Below are positions 24,632 to 37,530 of a stretch of DNA of 64,000 nucleotides, in pieces. The stretch is from positions 46,903,574 to 46,967,573 of the forward strand of contig JARDVH010000106.1 of the NCBI GenBank assembly GCA_030324005.1, written 5' to 3'. A program made the position numbers and the translations under genes. The stretch's first letter is position 1, and each line of letters starts with the position of its first letter. The stretch comes from Negaprion brevirostris (Eukaryota). Below the pieces are notes generated by a model, which saw nothing but the letters and a program-made list of their open reading frames with translations, ran no database searches and was not told the DNA's origin.

Positions 24632-25114
24632 CAGAATCATAGAATCCCTACAGTACAGAAGGAGACCATTCGGCCCATCGAGCTTGCACTGACAACAATC
24701 CCAGCCATGTCCTATCCCCGTTACCCCACATATTTACCCTGCTAATCCCCCGACACTGAGCAGCAATTTACCACAGGAGCCAATCAACCTAACATGCACA
24801 TCTTTGGACTATGGCTGGAAACCAGAGCACCCAGAGGAAACCCACGCAGATACAGAGAGAATGTGCACTCACCCCAGGCCCGCATTGAACCCGNNNNNNN
24901 NNNNNNNNNNNNNNNNNNNNNNNNNNNNNNNNNNNNNNNNNNNNNNNNNNNNNNNNNNNNNNNNNNNNNNNNNNNNNNNNNNNNNNNNNNNNNGTGGTGT
25001 TGAGATGGCGGCACGGGCTCATTGGGCCGAAGGGCCTGTTTCCCAGGCTGATTTTGTTCTTTATCCCTGGCGCTGTGAGGCAGCAGTGCTAATCACTGTG
25101 CCACCATGCCACCC
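24632..25114 (-). mobile_element. HE1/V-SINE-like element, tail type A (gap inside)
   Basis: Reverse complement of tail (agaatcatagaatccctacagtacagaagg), V domain and head (gcagcagtgctaatcactgtgccacc). Confidence 0.85.
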
Positions 25115-25969
25115 GAACTGAGAAGGGAATTGATCAAGACCATGAATAAGGAGGAGGAAAGCTACAATGTTGGCAGTGGGTGATAGTTTGATTAATTGTG
25201 ATACATCTAAACAAATCTTTGCATATTTGTATGCAAGTATTATTTGGATAGGTTTAACCATAATTAAATGACCATGAAAATGACGAAGCCAAGTCTGATG
25301 GCAAATACTTTTGAACTTTATGTGACCTCTGTCTGTGTCACATTGTCATATCTACTTCGAAGAGGTTTGCAGCACCACATTCTGACATGTTACTTCATTT
25401 TTTTTCACCCAGGAACATATTCCCTCAACCTGCAGAAATGCAGTCTAAAACTGTAAATAAATATTTTAAGAATAAACTCGAAAAACAAAAAGATGAAAGT
25501 ATCAAAAGTATACTCAATAAAATGACTAAACATTGCAAGAGGATGTTTTATCACTGATGGTACTTTTCTGCCATTTTTGACCACTTTTATATTTAGCAAG
25601 TTTATTTTAAACAACGAATACAGACAATGCAATCAGAAACCTCAGAGGAGTATGATGTATCATGAAGCTGAAGGAACATTATTATATAAAGTAATTTACC
25701 CGCAGCGATTCAGTGGGTTTTGTCCTTTTGACCGTGTCTATTAAATGAGCCTTTTTTTTGCTACATCAGGTTTAGCAACTGTTCCAAGTCAGCTCTTTGA
25801 TGAGGCTATCAAGTCTTCATTTGAATAAATTTCAATCTGAAGTAAATCACTAGTAATAGGTGAAAAGAAAAGTTAAAAGGTATTTAATTTTAGGAACGAG
25901 TGCTCATGGCGTTATTATTCTTCACTCCCCCCGCTTCCATCCTGATATCCATAGACGACTTAGTTTCAA

Positions 25970-26570
25970 GTTTCATAAAAACATAGAAAATAGGTGCAGG
26001 AGTAGACTATTCATCCCCTCAATGTCTGCTCCACCATTCAACATGATGGAGGCTGATCCTCTGTCTTAATGCCATCTCTACCGCTCTCCCCATATCCCTC
26101 AAAACCATTAGAGTCTAAAAATCTATTTCTTTCTTAAATATATTCAGTGACTTGACCTCCACAGGCTTCCTTGGTAGAGAATTTTGCTGGTTAACTATCT
26201 TCCTATTGAAGAAGTTTCCCCTCATTTCAGTCCTAAATGGCCTAGCCCATCTCCTGAGACTGTGACCCCCTTGTTCTAGCCTGTCAATCCAGATGAAATA
26301 ACATCTCTGCATCCAGTCTGTCCAGCCTGGTTAGAATTTTATACATTTCAATTCTAAATTCCAGTGAATACAGGCCCAGTCGACCCCAATCTCTCCTCAT
26401 ATGACAACCCTGCCATCCTAGGAATCAGTCTGGTGAACCTTCACTGCACTCTCTCCGTGGCAAGTATATCCTTTCTTCGGTAAGGAGACCTAAACTGCAC
26501 ACAATACTCCAGGCATGATCGTGCCAAGGCCCTGCACAGCTGCAGTAAAACCTCCTATATGCAGGTCCTC
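25970..26570 (-). mobile_element. CR1 LINE 3' end
   Basis: GHSLR..ARPFRTEMRGNFF....N..NSLPRKPVEVKSLNIFKKEID, plus tail atagaaaataggtgcaggagtag. Confidence 0.82.
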
Positions 26571-29424
26571 TTGCAATGAAGCTAATCTGATTGTAAATTT
26601 GTCACTAGAAGCATTCCTCTTGTCTATGGTGTGCCAGTTGCCCCTTATTAATCACCTCTCTGAACCAAGAATGTGGAGATCTCAGCAAATTAGTCCTCAG
26701 GTCAGACTAGCGGCAGAATTTAGTGGTATGGCATGGGTCTTACCCACCAGTAGAAGAATCCCATATTACCTTCCCAAGGTAACCAGGAGCTTACTTAGAC
26801 ATCATAGAGCTTCCCACTGAATTAAAGCCCCCTTCCCCCTATTGGTCAATCAAACGCAGATCTGCAGCACCTACATGTCACCGGGAGCCATGGCCATTGC
26901 AAGCATTGCATAGGGGCCTACCCAGAGAATCAGCAATGGGTCCTCTGGAAGCAGGTAAGTGGGTGGAATGGGCGCTGCAGGTGGAGGAATGGGGGGGTGG
27001 GGGAAAAAGGGTGGTTGACAACAAGAGAGGGGGTGGGCTGTGTCCCCATTCATCACTGATGTAGCCCCCTCCCCCAGAAGACTACAAAAGCATTCCCAAC
27101 CCAGGTTCATAGGGTGCTGGAAAGGTGGCAGGATTTCCACACTATACCTCCCTATCTATCATTGCAAATCTTTTTGCCCCAATCCTGTCTGCAGGGAAGT
27201 TGGGAGGGGGCGGTGCTGGTTTTTACTAACATCCCAGGCATCCAGTTATTTTTTGTTCGTGCATTGAAGTGCGATAAATCCTCAAGTGAAAGAAGTTGAC
27301 AAATGATTATCAGCATCGGAATATCACACATGCAATTATGCAACTTGGGTTTGTCAACAAGCTGATACAGGAATCAAATCACGTCNNNNNNNNNNTGCTA
27401 AGATATTTGAATATGAAATTTCTCACATTAATAATCTTATTAAGGCAAACTTCATTCAGCATTCAACAAAGAAATATTAGTTCAATGCATTAACACGTGA
27501 AACCACTGAATCAGAGGTTTACACTGCAGAAAGAGGTCACTTAGCTATTGCTCTTTTCTAGAGTAATGCAAAACTAATCCAAGTGCCTATTCGCCTTTCC
27601 CATAATCTTGTGTTTCAATATTTATCCAGTTTTTCCTTAACAAATGCAATTCTCGCCTGTGGCAAAGCATGGCATAAAGAACTTACTCCCCGCTTTTCTT
27701 CTCACTCCTGTAACACATGCCTCCAGCTTCTTGTCAGAAGCCTTATGAAACATGGCCTTAAAAAGTCCATATTCTCTTTCTTTACTGGGCTTAACTTCCA
27801 GTGAGTAACTTCATCAAGCATCTACTGCAATTGTTCAAACGTCATTGCCATCATTAACCCTTACATTTCTAGGTGATTACTAATTTTGTACCCATTTCTC
27901 ACATTACATGGTATACTTTCAACCCAACGATTTGTGTCACGAAGATATTATGCTTCCATTAAACCTCGCTGTATGGCACGTGAGGTGCATCATAATCAAA
28001 ATGACAAGTTTATCAAGCCTTTTTCTTCCTAAACTAACAATTTCCTTTAACACTATTTAAATAAAGTCCTTCAAAAATGAAAGGGATCAACATCAGGTTG
28101 CCAAATGGTAAACTGGAATAACCACTAATACAGGAGACCAAATATTCTTTGCAATACTCGGGTTCCAGGCTACCACCACCATGAAAATGTCATAAAATAT
28201 AACCAGGCAAGTGGATAATATAGATTGCAATGTATTAGATTAATATCTCACAATTTCACCAGATTGTCTTCCAGCAGAAATTTCAAACAGTTTAGTGTTT
28301 GTATTTTTGCCTGTGGTTATTTGTTTCCCTCAAGAGATTAAATAAGTTGTTTTGAGTCCATGACATGATGCATTGCAAATAGTGTGCTTAATGTGCCAAA
28401 TGACCTTTCTCTCATTCCCTTCTTGCTAGCGTTTCTATATTCCTCATATTTAGCTTCCACTAATGGTGGCATAATTCTATTGTGTGCCCCGTCTACAGTC
28501 ACAGAATTATTCTGTTTTAATAAAAGTGTTGATTTTTTTTATGTAACATCACCAAACATTGAACACAGGTCTGCCAGAGGTGACAGCATTCATTCAGGAT
28601 ATAAATGTCCTGCTCGCAAACTCGCTTCCATTGCGGAAAGGACCTTAGATTGCAGAAATTCGCTTAATTTGTTATCCTTAGCAGCAAGCATCGAGAGGTC
28701 TGCAGAGGTGAACAGCGATGTCCCATGCCAACGTACAATCTCAATGTTGTAATCTATATCTGTTGCATTATATGATTCCTGCCTAAGAATAGCATCCCGG
28801 TCTATCGCTATTCACTATGATCTCCTGACATTTTACACCAATCTATTTCACTATTCCTTTGATTAATGTTGTCTGATCTTTTCCTTCCCCCAGTCATGAC
28901 TTTCCCATTAATCTCCATCGTTTCTCTTGTTCCCATTTGCAAAAAATTACCGTTCAATGCCACTGCTGCACTGATGCACTACATTTATTTTTATCAATAT
29001 TTCCCGTGTTGTGTTTCAAAAACAAACTTCACAACCGTTAATGAGTTTCTGAGTTTTCTTGTATAAATGAGGCAGCTATTACATGGTAATTATATCAAAG
29101 GCACAGTCTTCATCATCATCACTGTTGATTTAACTGATAAGAGCACTATAAGAAGCCAGAAATAATAAGGTAACGCTAGCTGGAAACGTTGACTTTGAAA
29201 ATCAGCTTCCCTAAATCTATCAGCATTATCCATTTAACAGAAATGGATAATCAGGTAATTATAGATTTTATTTATGATATACGAGCCCAAAAGTGTTCAC
29301 TCAGTACTGGAGAAAACCACAAGACCATCAGCAATTCTTTTTAAAGCTCACAAATTCATAGTAATAAAAAAAACAGAAAGAACTTTCTTAACCAGGTATA
29401 CTGATAACCAAGTATGTACATTAC

Positions 29425-29580
29425 CATGTACTGACATTGGTGGTAGTTTAGTTATTGAGTCCAGTTTTTCCCAGGAATACATCGCAGTGGGGATAGCTTC
29501 TTTGGAGTTGCAAGTCAGCGTGACATCATTTCCAGTGTCAACAACTCCTTGAAGTCCACACAATGGGATAGTGGGTGGCA
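29425..29580 (-). CDS. IGSF11: IGSF11 coding exon 4 (first half of IgC2), 156 nt
   Basis: Acceptor tttctttcag| and donor CATG|gtaatg. Translates (V)PPTIPLCGLQGVVDTGNDVTLTCNSKEAIPTAMYSWEKLDSITKLPPMSVH. Confidence 0.95.
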
Positions 29581-30584
29581 CTGAAAGAAAAGATTGCAAA
29601 ACATCAGCTCTGAAAAGCACAGCGAGAGCATCATTAAAACACATCTACCCCACAAATTAATGAGAGCACAGATGCAAGCAGGCTTCATATCGCCCGGGGA
29701 AATGCTTATATTTATTGCCTCATCATTTCGGTGGGAAAAGCCACAAAGCTCCTGCGTGACCTTTCAGCTCAACAAATGATCAAAGTTACACATTTTTTGC
29801 AGTTGTCAAGTAACAGAAATGTACTCCCGTTACATCAGGTCTGATGTCAGCGACAATACTCAGCACCCCAATTTTTGTACTATTGCATAATGACAAAGTT
29901 CTGTTTGGGTACAATTCGTATTTACCAGGACATTCACCAATTCACAGCAGACTGTGCACTCAGTCAGCTCGTCACTTTGATCTGTGATTTGACTTAATTT
30001 TTAGGATCATTCACGGCATTTTACATTAAATTCTCAAATTAGGAAGATCACAAATGCTCACAGATCTAATTGTGGCAGAAACATTATTCTGCAATAATGC
30101 TGTCCCTCTCAATGAGATGATTGAGTAGGGATCTCATAGCGGGGTTGATGGTAATAACTAGAAAGGATAAATCCAGAATGTTACATTAAATATAACTATG
30201 GCAGAAATCTGGCCCCAATTTGGGGAAGAGACCTGAGGCGGTTGAGGCGTGGAAGTGCACATTGCCAGTTGGTGGGAGTTTGCCAGCACCATCCTGCCTC
30301 TAGATCATTTCCCTGGAGGCTGGATTTGGGTAGAACCCATCTGCAAAGAGCATGCGGGCAACTGAGATGATTGAAAAGTTCATCAATGATCAGAGAGGGG
30401 CTGACTGGAAAATTCCAGTTCGCCTGCAGGCCCTCCACAGCATTGGGGTGGTCTCTCAGTGGCAGACGACAGGTTGGGGCTACAGGCTGACTTTGAAGTC
30501 CCTCTCTCCCTCTAATTCCTCCTCCACAATGGTAGTCTGATAGCTGTGGCTTCAGAATGCAGAGTCCATTCTCTNNNNNNNNNN

Positions 30585-30788
30585 AGAAAGAAATCCCACA
30601 ACACCAGCTTAATGTCCAACAAGTTTATTTGTAGCAAATGCTGCAAGCTTTTGGAACAGGCTGTCCCTTCGTCAGGTGGCTGGGAGTTCTCAGCCATCTG
30701 ACGAAGAGACAGCCTGTTCCGAAAGCTTGCGGCATTTGCTACAAATAAACTTGTTGGACATTAAGCTGGTGTTGTGGGAGTTCTTTCT
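30585..30788. mobile_element. 204-bp palindrome of two inverted Penelope-type terminal repeats with minimal hammerhead motif
   Basis: The 102-nt arms differ at 7 positions with essentially no spacer. The right arm has CTGACGA (30698-30704), a stem, GAAAGCTT (30721-30728) and AATAAA (30744-30749). Confidence 0.8.
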
Positions 30789-31419
30789 GTTTTGAAAGCC
30801 TGCCCACCCTCCTTAATTGAATAGGAAGCACGCCCATTANNNNNNNNNNNNNNNNNNNNTGACACCATTTGGAGGCCTCCTTGACATCAGGGTCCTGACC
30901 CAGAATGGACAATCCTGCCCCACGGGCTGCATTTTGTTGAGAGTGTGCCAATCCTGTTGTCGGGATGAATTCCAGGTCAGGGACCCCAAAGATTAAGTAT
31001 GGGGCATCACGATGGAGCCATGCTATTAACTCTGGCATTCAGTAATATCCAGAATTATCAGGATCCTTCTGCAGGGGAAGCAGCTCTGCTTGAAAGCATT
31101 TGCCCATGGATGTGCTGAATTATGCTAATATGCTCATTTAAAAGGTAACTTTGTAGATTCGTTGCACGAAACACAGTTCCCCTGCTGTGCTCTCGTCTCC
31201 AGTGACAAGGCAAGCCACCAACACAGCAGTGGTCCGGTGTGCCACAGACAAACTGGCATTGCCCTTGGAAAAGGCCATTACAGAATGTATTAAACACCTT
31301 TAATTGGCTTCCCGGAGTTGCCAGGCAGGTTGCCATTTGTGCATACAGCCCGACTCTGGGGAAGCGATCCGAAACAAGGAGGTGATTGTGCAGTTGGAAA
31401 ATGCACTTCAAAATTTTAC

Positions 31420-32250
31420 AGGCCTCCTCTGCACCTCCATCTTTCCAAAGGGCCGAAAAAGCTCCCAATGGCCTACATGCCTTTTTAACAGCCCTCTCAA
31501 TTTGTCCTGCCACCTTCAAAAGATTTGCATGCATACACATCCAGAATCACATCCTCTTTAGCTTACATTGCCTCCCCTCATTCTCCCTAGCAATATTATT
31601 TCACATCTCTCTGCATCGTAAGTCTGTACATTTCAATAGTCTTTGTTCCAAAGTCTCTTCATATCCTCTTCAATGTTGACCACAGTTCCAAGTTCTGTGC
31701 CATCTGAAATGTTTAAATAAAGTTGTGTACATTTAAGTTTAGGTCATTAAGGCGCATCAAGTAGTTCAGTGGTCTGAACATCAACGCCTGGAAGACAGCA
31801 CTGCACATCCCTAAAGCCTTAAAAACTGTTCACTCCTATTTACTTTATGTCCCTTGGCCAATTCACATTCACACAGTTATGCCTCACTAACTTGAATTTT
31901 GCTGACAAATCTATTGTGTGGTATTTTATTAGATGCATTTTGAAAGTCCATCAAGACAGCATCAGCTGCACAGCCACCATCCATCCTCCCCATTATTTCA
32001 TCAAATAATTCAATTCAAATTAGTCAAACATGGTTTCTGCCATAATCTGGCTGTCTTTCAGTTATTAACCCATATTTTGCCAATTAATTGTGTCTTGGAT
32101 TAGTGTCTGAGCACCAATGTTAGGCTGTCTGGCCCAAATTGTCAGGCTTACCATTCTCCCTGTTTTTGGAACAACGCTGTAACATCTGTAATCCTTCATT
32201 CCAAAACCTAAGAGATTGCAAGTTGTGACAGTTTCTGCCCTTCCTTCCCT
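31420..32250 (-). mobile_element. Highly degenerate CR1 LINE RT remnant
   Basis: Plus-strand pieces such as attagtcaaacatggtttc, gatgcattttgaaagtcca and tgtaacatctgtaatccttcattcc resemble reverse-complemented CR1 RT motifs. Confidence 0.5.
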
Positions 32251-33164
32251 CAGCAAAACTGTGGTGATGGAGGACTGCTTTCCTCTGGGTAGATGAGCTA
32301 CACTCAGTCAAAAAGCTGTCCTCATCCCATATCTATTCGGTGATCTTATGATACGAGACATTATATAAAATGCTGGTAAGATTCAGTGGCAGGACATCAA
32401 TACTTTACCAACCTTTATTTTCTATTGCATTGACAAGCTGTCCAATTTGGACACCACAAATCCTTCCCTCAGCATTTAATTGGACACTCAGCTGTCTATC
32501 GACACATTCAGAGATCTAACACTGAATTCATGTGGATGTGCTTCACCGCACCAACAACAGCATTGACAACTTCATACCACACATGGCACGGCAGTGAGGC
32601 AGCACGCATCTGTCGATAGATGAGACAACTTTTAACTAAATAGTAACAGCCACATTCCTACAATAAAATGATCGCATAACACACCATCTTCAATATCTGC
32701 TTCACCTTCTGATGGAACACTTCCAAGCCCCAATCAGAATTGAAAGTATCTGCGAAATGCTGAGATTACTGTTGTACAACTAGCTCATGATTCATGCGTG
32801 TCAGAATGTACTTTAGAGGGCAGCTTGTGGTTTCAGGAATTTAAATTTAACTGTAGAAATTGGGATAAGTGCAATTGGGGCAATCTCAGAGTTTATTACT
32901 CTCAAAAGGTTGGACAGCCACATGACTGATGATCATGTCTTTCTAGCTATTAACCTCATCAAACAGCAGGTGGGCTTACATAGCCAAAAAGCTGGAGAAA
33001 TGCTGAATGCAATGCTTGCAAGAACAAGGGCAGTCCAGAGAGATGTTGCTGTTTTGGGAATTTGAGGGAAATTAGTTTTAAAACATTTAGAAAGTCCTGA
33101 AAGGTTGTAAAATCCAATTACTTAAATCAGATCAAAGAATAAATTTGAAATTTATTGCTCTTTC

Positions 33165-33470
33165 ATGAGATCATTGCTGATCTGCACCTCAATTCCCATT
33201 TTCTTGCCTTTATTCCAAGTACCCGTTGCCCCTACCTAACACAAATCTATTTACCTCAGTCTTGAAAGCTCCACATGCCCAAAGTACCCACTGACTTTCC
33301 GGGGACAGAGGTCCGAATTTAAAGCATCCTTTGTGTAAAAAAAAGGTACTTCCTGATGTCACTTCCAAATGATCACTTCCAAATGATCTACCTCCAGTGT
33401 TAAGATCACTTCCCCTTGTTTTAGATTTCTCCATGGCTCAATTGGGCTGGAAAGGATCTTGTACACGGGA
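33165..33470 (-). mobile_element. CR1 LINE 3' end remnant
   Basis: KSKTRG...AFKTEVNRF-like translation; tail atgagatcattgctgatctgcacctcaattcc. Confidence 0.65.
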
Positions 33471-34314
33471 CTCGATTTCATTCTATTGCCTAGAATTTTG
33501 CATCGAATTATCTTTTGTTTTGAGTAAAGCATGGCAGTCGCAGTACGTATCACAAAGAAATCAAAGGAAAAGAGGTAAATATGTCACAACAGCACCCTCT
33601 AGTGCATTGCTTCATTTCTGCACAAAGACGAGTACATATTAAAAATCTAAAAAAATGCCTAAATTATCTATAGAGTGCAACATTTTCCCAATGGTTCTAT
33701 TATCNNNNNNNNNNNNNNNNNNNNNNNNNNNNNNNNNNNNNNNNNNNNNNNNNNNNNNNNNNNNNNNNNNNNNNNNNNNNNNNNNNNNNNNNNNNNNNNN
33801 NNNNNNNNNNNNNNNNNNNNNNNNNNNNNNNNNNNNNNNNNNNNNNNNNNNNNNNNNNNNNNNNNNNNNNNNNNNNNNNNNNNNNNNNNNNNNNNNNNNN
33901 NNNNNNNNNNNNNNNNNNNNNNNNNNNNNNNNNNNNNNNNNNNNNNNNNNNNNNNNNNAATTAATGGCAATAATCTTTTAATAATTGGTGCAGGAAAATG
34001 ATTTTTCATTTTATTTTTTGAAGGAGACACATTATGGTTTCTAAGCTAAGCCTTTTTTTTAAGATATGCTCTGGTCTGGTGTCTTTCAAACACACTTTGA
34101 ATACTTCACATTCTTTTTCTTTATGTCAAAATGTTCATTGTAGCTTTCTGCATTCAATTTATTTCTCATCCCTTCAAGTCTGCTTTACTTAAAACTTGGT
34201 TAATGACTCTCAGTTCTTCTCAAATTAAGTGCTAGGGAAGGATGCAATCACTCACTATGTGGGAGCAAAGGATCTTCAACTCTCAGCCATGACTTTAAAG
34301 GCCGCTGCCATCTT

Positions 34315-34700
34315 TTTTCTTAGTTATTCTTTCTCAAGAAGTGGGTGTCGCTGGCTAGGCCTGGGTCTATTGCCCAGCTTCTTAAAATGTGTAGTCCAGG
34401 CGGTGTAGGTACACCATTACACTGTTAGGTAGGGAATTCCAGGATTTTAATCCAAAGACAGTTAAGGAGCAGCAATATATTTCCAAGTCGGGAAGGTATG
34501 TGGCTTGGAGAGGAATTTGCAGGTGGTGGTGTTCCTGGGCATCTGCCACCCTTTTCCTTCTAGTTGGAAGAGGCTGCAGATTTGAAGCTTTTTTTTTCAA
34601 AGCAGCCTTGCAGAGTTGTTTCAGTATCTTGAAGAAAGTTGATTCCGTGTGTCAGTGTGGAGTGAGCGAACATTTAAGGCCAGTTCCAAGCACTTTTAAG
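34315..34700 (-). mobile_element. Second LINE family 3' end remnant
   Basis: gtgggtgtcgctggctaggcc...ttaggtagggaattccaggattt...gcaggtggtggtgttcc parallels 22065-22330. Confidence 0.65.
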
Positions 34701-35289
34701 GCAGCTCTTTCCATCATGAGGTCACAAGCTGAAGTTCTGGGGTCACAAGCTCTGCAACAGCAATGTCTGCACTGGAGCTCCGACAATGTTAACAGCTGCG
34801 AGTCCCCTTAAAATCCTTACTTTGGTTTTAAATAGTAGTCAGGGCCTGAAACACCCTGACCTCTGCTGCTGAAAAGGTGGAATCATAAGTATGTGAAGAT
34901 ACACAATGCGCACACACAGGAAATGCTGTGTTAAGTGTTTGATAGCTTCAATTAGGTTTGCCATTCCATTGATCAATGAGCCGGATACAGAACCAAGTGG
35001 GATGGTGATCACTGGAGTTGACCTAATTGATACTGCCATCTCTCTATACAACAGCATATTCCACAATTCTGGTTTGACTCCTCAGAACTCCATGCCATCA
35101 GAGCACAGAAGCCAACACCAGGCAGCCTAGGAATAAGCACCAAAGATTCAACCAGCAATGGCTCCCTGTCAGAAACAATGCCATGAGAGGAGGGCCTGCT
35201 CAGTGCTGAGGGTTTTTTACAGAGCATGACTAGGCAACACAGTCAAACTCACTCAAAGGGTTGAATGACCCTCTTCTGTACTGTACGAT

Positions 35290-35885
35290 TCTGTGGATCC
35301 TAAGGTGCTCAAATGGGATTGGTGGGGCAAGGTGAGAGGCAGAGGGATTCAGACACAAAAATGAGAATTTTTAATTTGTGGTGCTGGTAAACTGACAGTC
35401 ACATTCCTGTGAGCACAAGCATGATGAGTGAACGGGATTAGTGGGAGTTGGGATAAGGGCAGCAGAATTTCATGAAGGATGGCAGATAAGAGATTGGCCA
35501 TCAGAGCATTGAAATAGTTGCGTGTAGAGATAACAAAAGAAAGATGATGATTTCAGCAGAAGATGGGCCAAGACAGATGGAAATGTAGAATATTCTGAAA
35601 GTGGATGTAGGCTTTGTGATGGAGAGGACAATGGGAGTCAGAAATTCAGTTCAGGGTCAAATGGGACACTGGATTCATGAACAGCCTAGTTTAGTCTGAC
35701 ACAATAGCCTGAATGGGATGGTAATGGTGGTTAGACGTCAGGTTTTGCAGCAGGAACCAAAGCAATAATTTTGGTCTTCCTAATATTTATCCAGGACAGG
35801 ATGTTAGATGGGAAATAAGAGAGAATTGGAGGTGAAATAGAAGTGAGTGTTACCACATCATACAAGTAGAACCTGACATTATGAG
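35290..35885 (-). mobile_element. Degenerate L2-like LINE remnant
   Basis: Purine-rich plus strand with L2-type reverse motifs (tcagggtcaaatgggacac, agagataacaaaag...gatttcagcag). Confidence 0.45.
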
Positions 35886-36628
35886 TGAGATTCTCCTAAT
35901 TTGAGACTAAGTGCTATAGCAGGGAGAGAAACATGGTGTTTCCCCACTATGATAGCTTTGGAAAACACACCAAATCTTCAACCCCAATGTTATCATTTAT
36001 GACCCCAAATGTTTTACGCCACATTCCATGGCAGGGCTGGCCTGGATGGCACACTGTCCACCATTGTGTCCAAGTACCAAACTGAAAAGGTGCCCAACAT
36101 CACTGACTCACCATCGAAGAAAGGTGGACCTCCCAGAAAAAAAGACAGATCTCCAGGCCACTCTAACACTGAAGATGAACCACCTCCAGGCCACCTGATC
36201 TGGAAGATTCACCGGCAGGTGCTTTACCAACTCACTGTGGTGCTCCAGGGTCCAGGGTCACCATCCTGAACTCTGAAGGCACCCCCAGCATTGTTCAGAT
36301 GAATCCCAACATCTGTACGCCAAATTGTTCCAAATATATTTCATGACAGCACGTGCTCCCACTGGCATTGCGGAGAACCTGATGTGGGGAAGGGGGGCTT
36401 CACCTGCATCCCACTTAAGGATGCAAATGAAGTCCTCTGGCAGGTTTTCTGACCCACCATAGTGGGCATCAGCAAGAGGTCCTTCTGTAAATTCACACTG
36501 GATAAAACTAGTTTCTGGCCCTCCCACTATCTTCTCCCACCATCAGTGGCAGGTGCTTGGGAGAATTCTGCCTTATGATTTCAAAGTGGGCCTTTACAAA
36601 ACCCGCATATCCTAGGTAACTTTGTTAT

Positions 36629-36925
36629 ATAAGAACATAAGAAATAGGAGGAGTAGGCCATCCAGCCCTTCGAGCCTGCCCCGCCATTCAACAAGATCAT
36701 GGCTGATCTGTCGTGGCTCAGCTCCACACTCCCGCCCTCTCCCCATAACCCTTAATCCCCTCGCCNNNNNNNNNNNNNNNNNNNNNNNNNNNNNNNNNNN
36801 NNNNNNNNNNNNNNNNNNNNNNNNNNNNNNNNNNNNNNNNNNNNNNNNNNNNNNNNNNNNNNNNNCCCCGAGGTCCCTCTGCACCGTCGCCTGCTGCAGT
36901 TTTTCGCCATTTAAGTAATAGTCCT
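36629..36925 (-). mobile_element. Young CR1 LINE 3' end (gap inside)
   Basis: Tail ataagaacataagaaataggaggagtaggccatccagcccttcgagcctgccccgccattcaa, nearly identical to the copies at 41923-41995 and 51120-51203. Confidence 0.82.
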
Positions 36926-37229
36926 TCCTACCATTATTCCTATCTGTAGCACTTGTTCAGGATAAAAGACCAGGAAATGAAAGCACGTGGGTTTTGGGTG
37001 TAACAACAGAACAGCTTTATCAGATAGCTGTTCGCTCCACAGTGGCTGGATCTGGACTGAGTAAAGCCTGCAAAGTAGTCAATGACATCACAGACTGAAC
37101 AAAGGAACTATGCATTGCACAATAACTAACATATAACAATCACATCAAATATTTTTTGAATACTACCCAGTGTTTTTCCTTAGGTTTAACAGTTTACCTC
37201 AGCTTGCTGGATTCAATTTACTTCTCATC

Positions 37230-37530
37230 CCTTTGAGACTGCTTTACTTGTACTTAAAGACTTGGTTAGTGGCTCTCCCTTCTTCTCAAATCAAATATCA
37301 AATTCAATCACATTATGGTCATTATTCCCAAGATGTCCCTTTACTGTCAGATTGATATCTAATTCTGGCTCATAACACATCAGTAAATCCAGTATGGCCA
37401 ATTGCTTTGCCAGATCTAATACACATTGTTCTAGGGAATTGTCCCAAATGCGTTCTAGAAATCCATTGCTTTTATTATTTGAGCTTTTATACTCCACCAG
37501 TCTCTGAAAATTAAAGTGTCCCAATAATCA
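37230..37530 (-). mobile_element. CR1 LINE endonuclease-region fragment
   Basis: FLERIWDNSLEQCV...AILDLLMC.EPEL....VKGHLGNNDHNVIEFDI is the APE-domain C-terminal SDH-like motif. Confidence 0.75.

Noticed and set aside
33359-33388. 14-bp tandem duplication tcacttccaaatga
   Set aside because: Ordinary slippage duplication inside a dead CR1 fragment.
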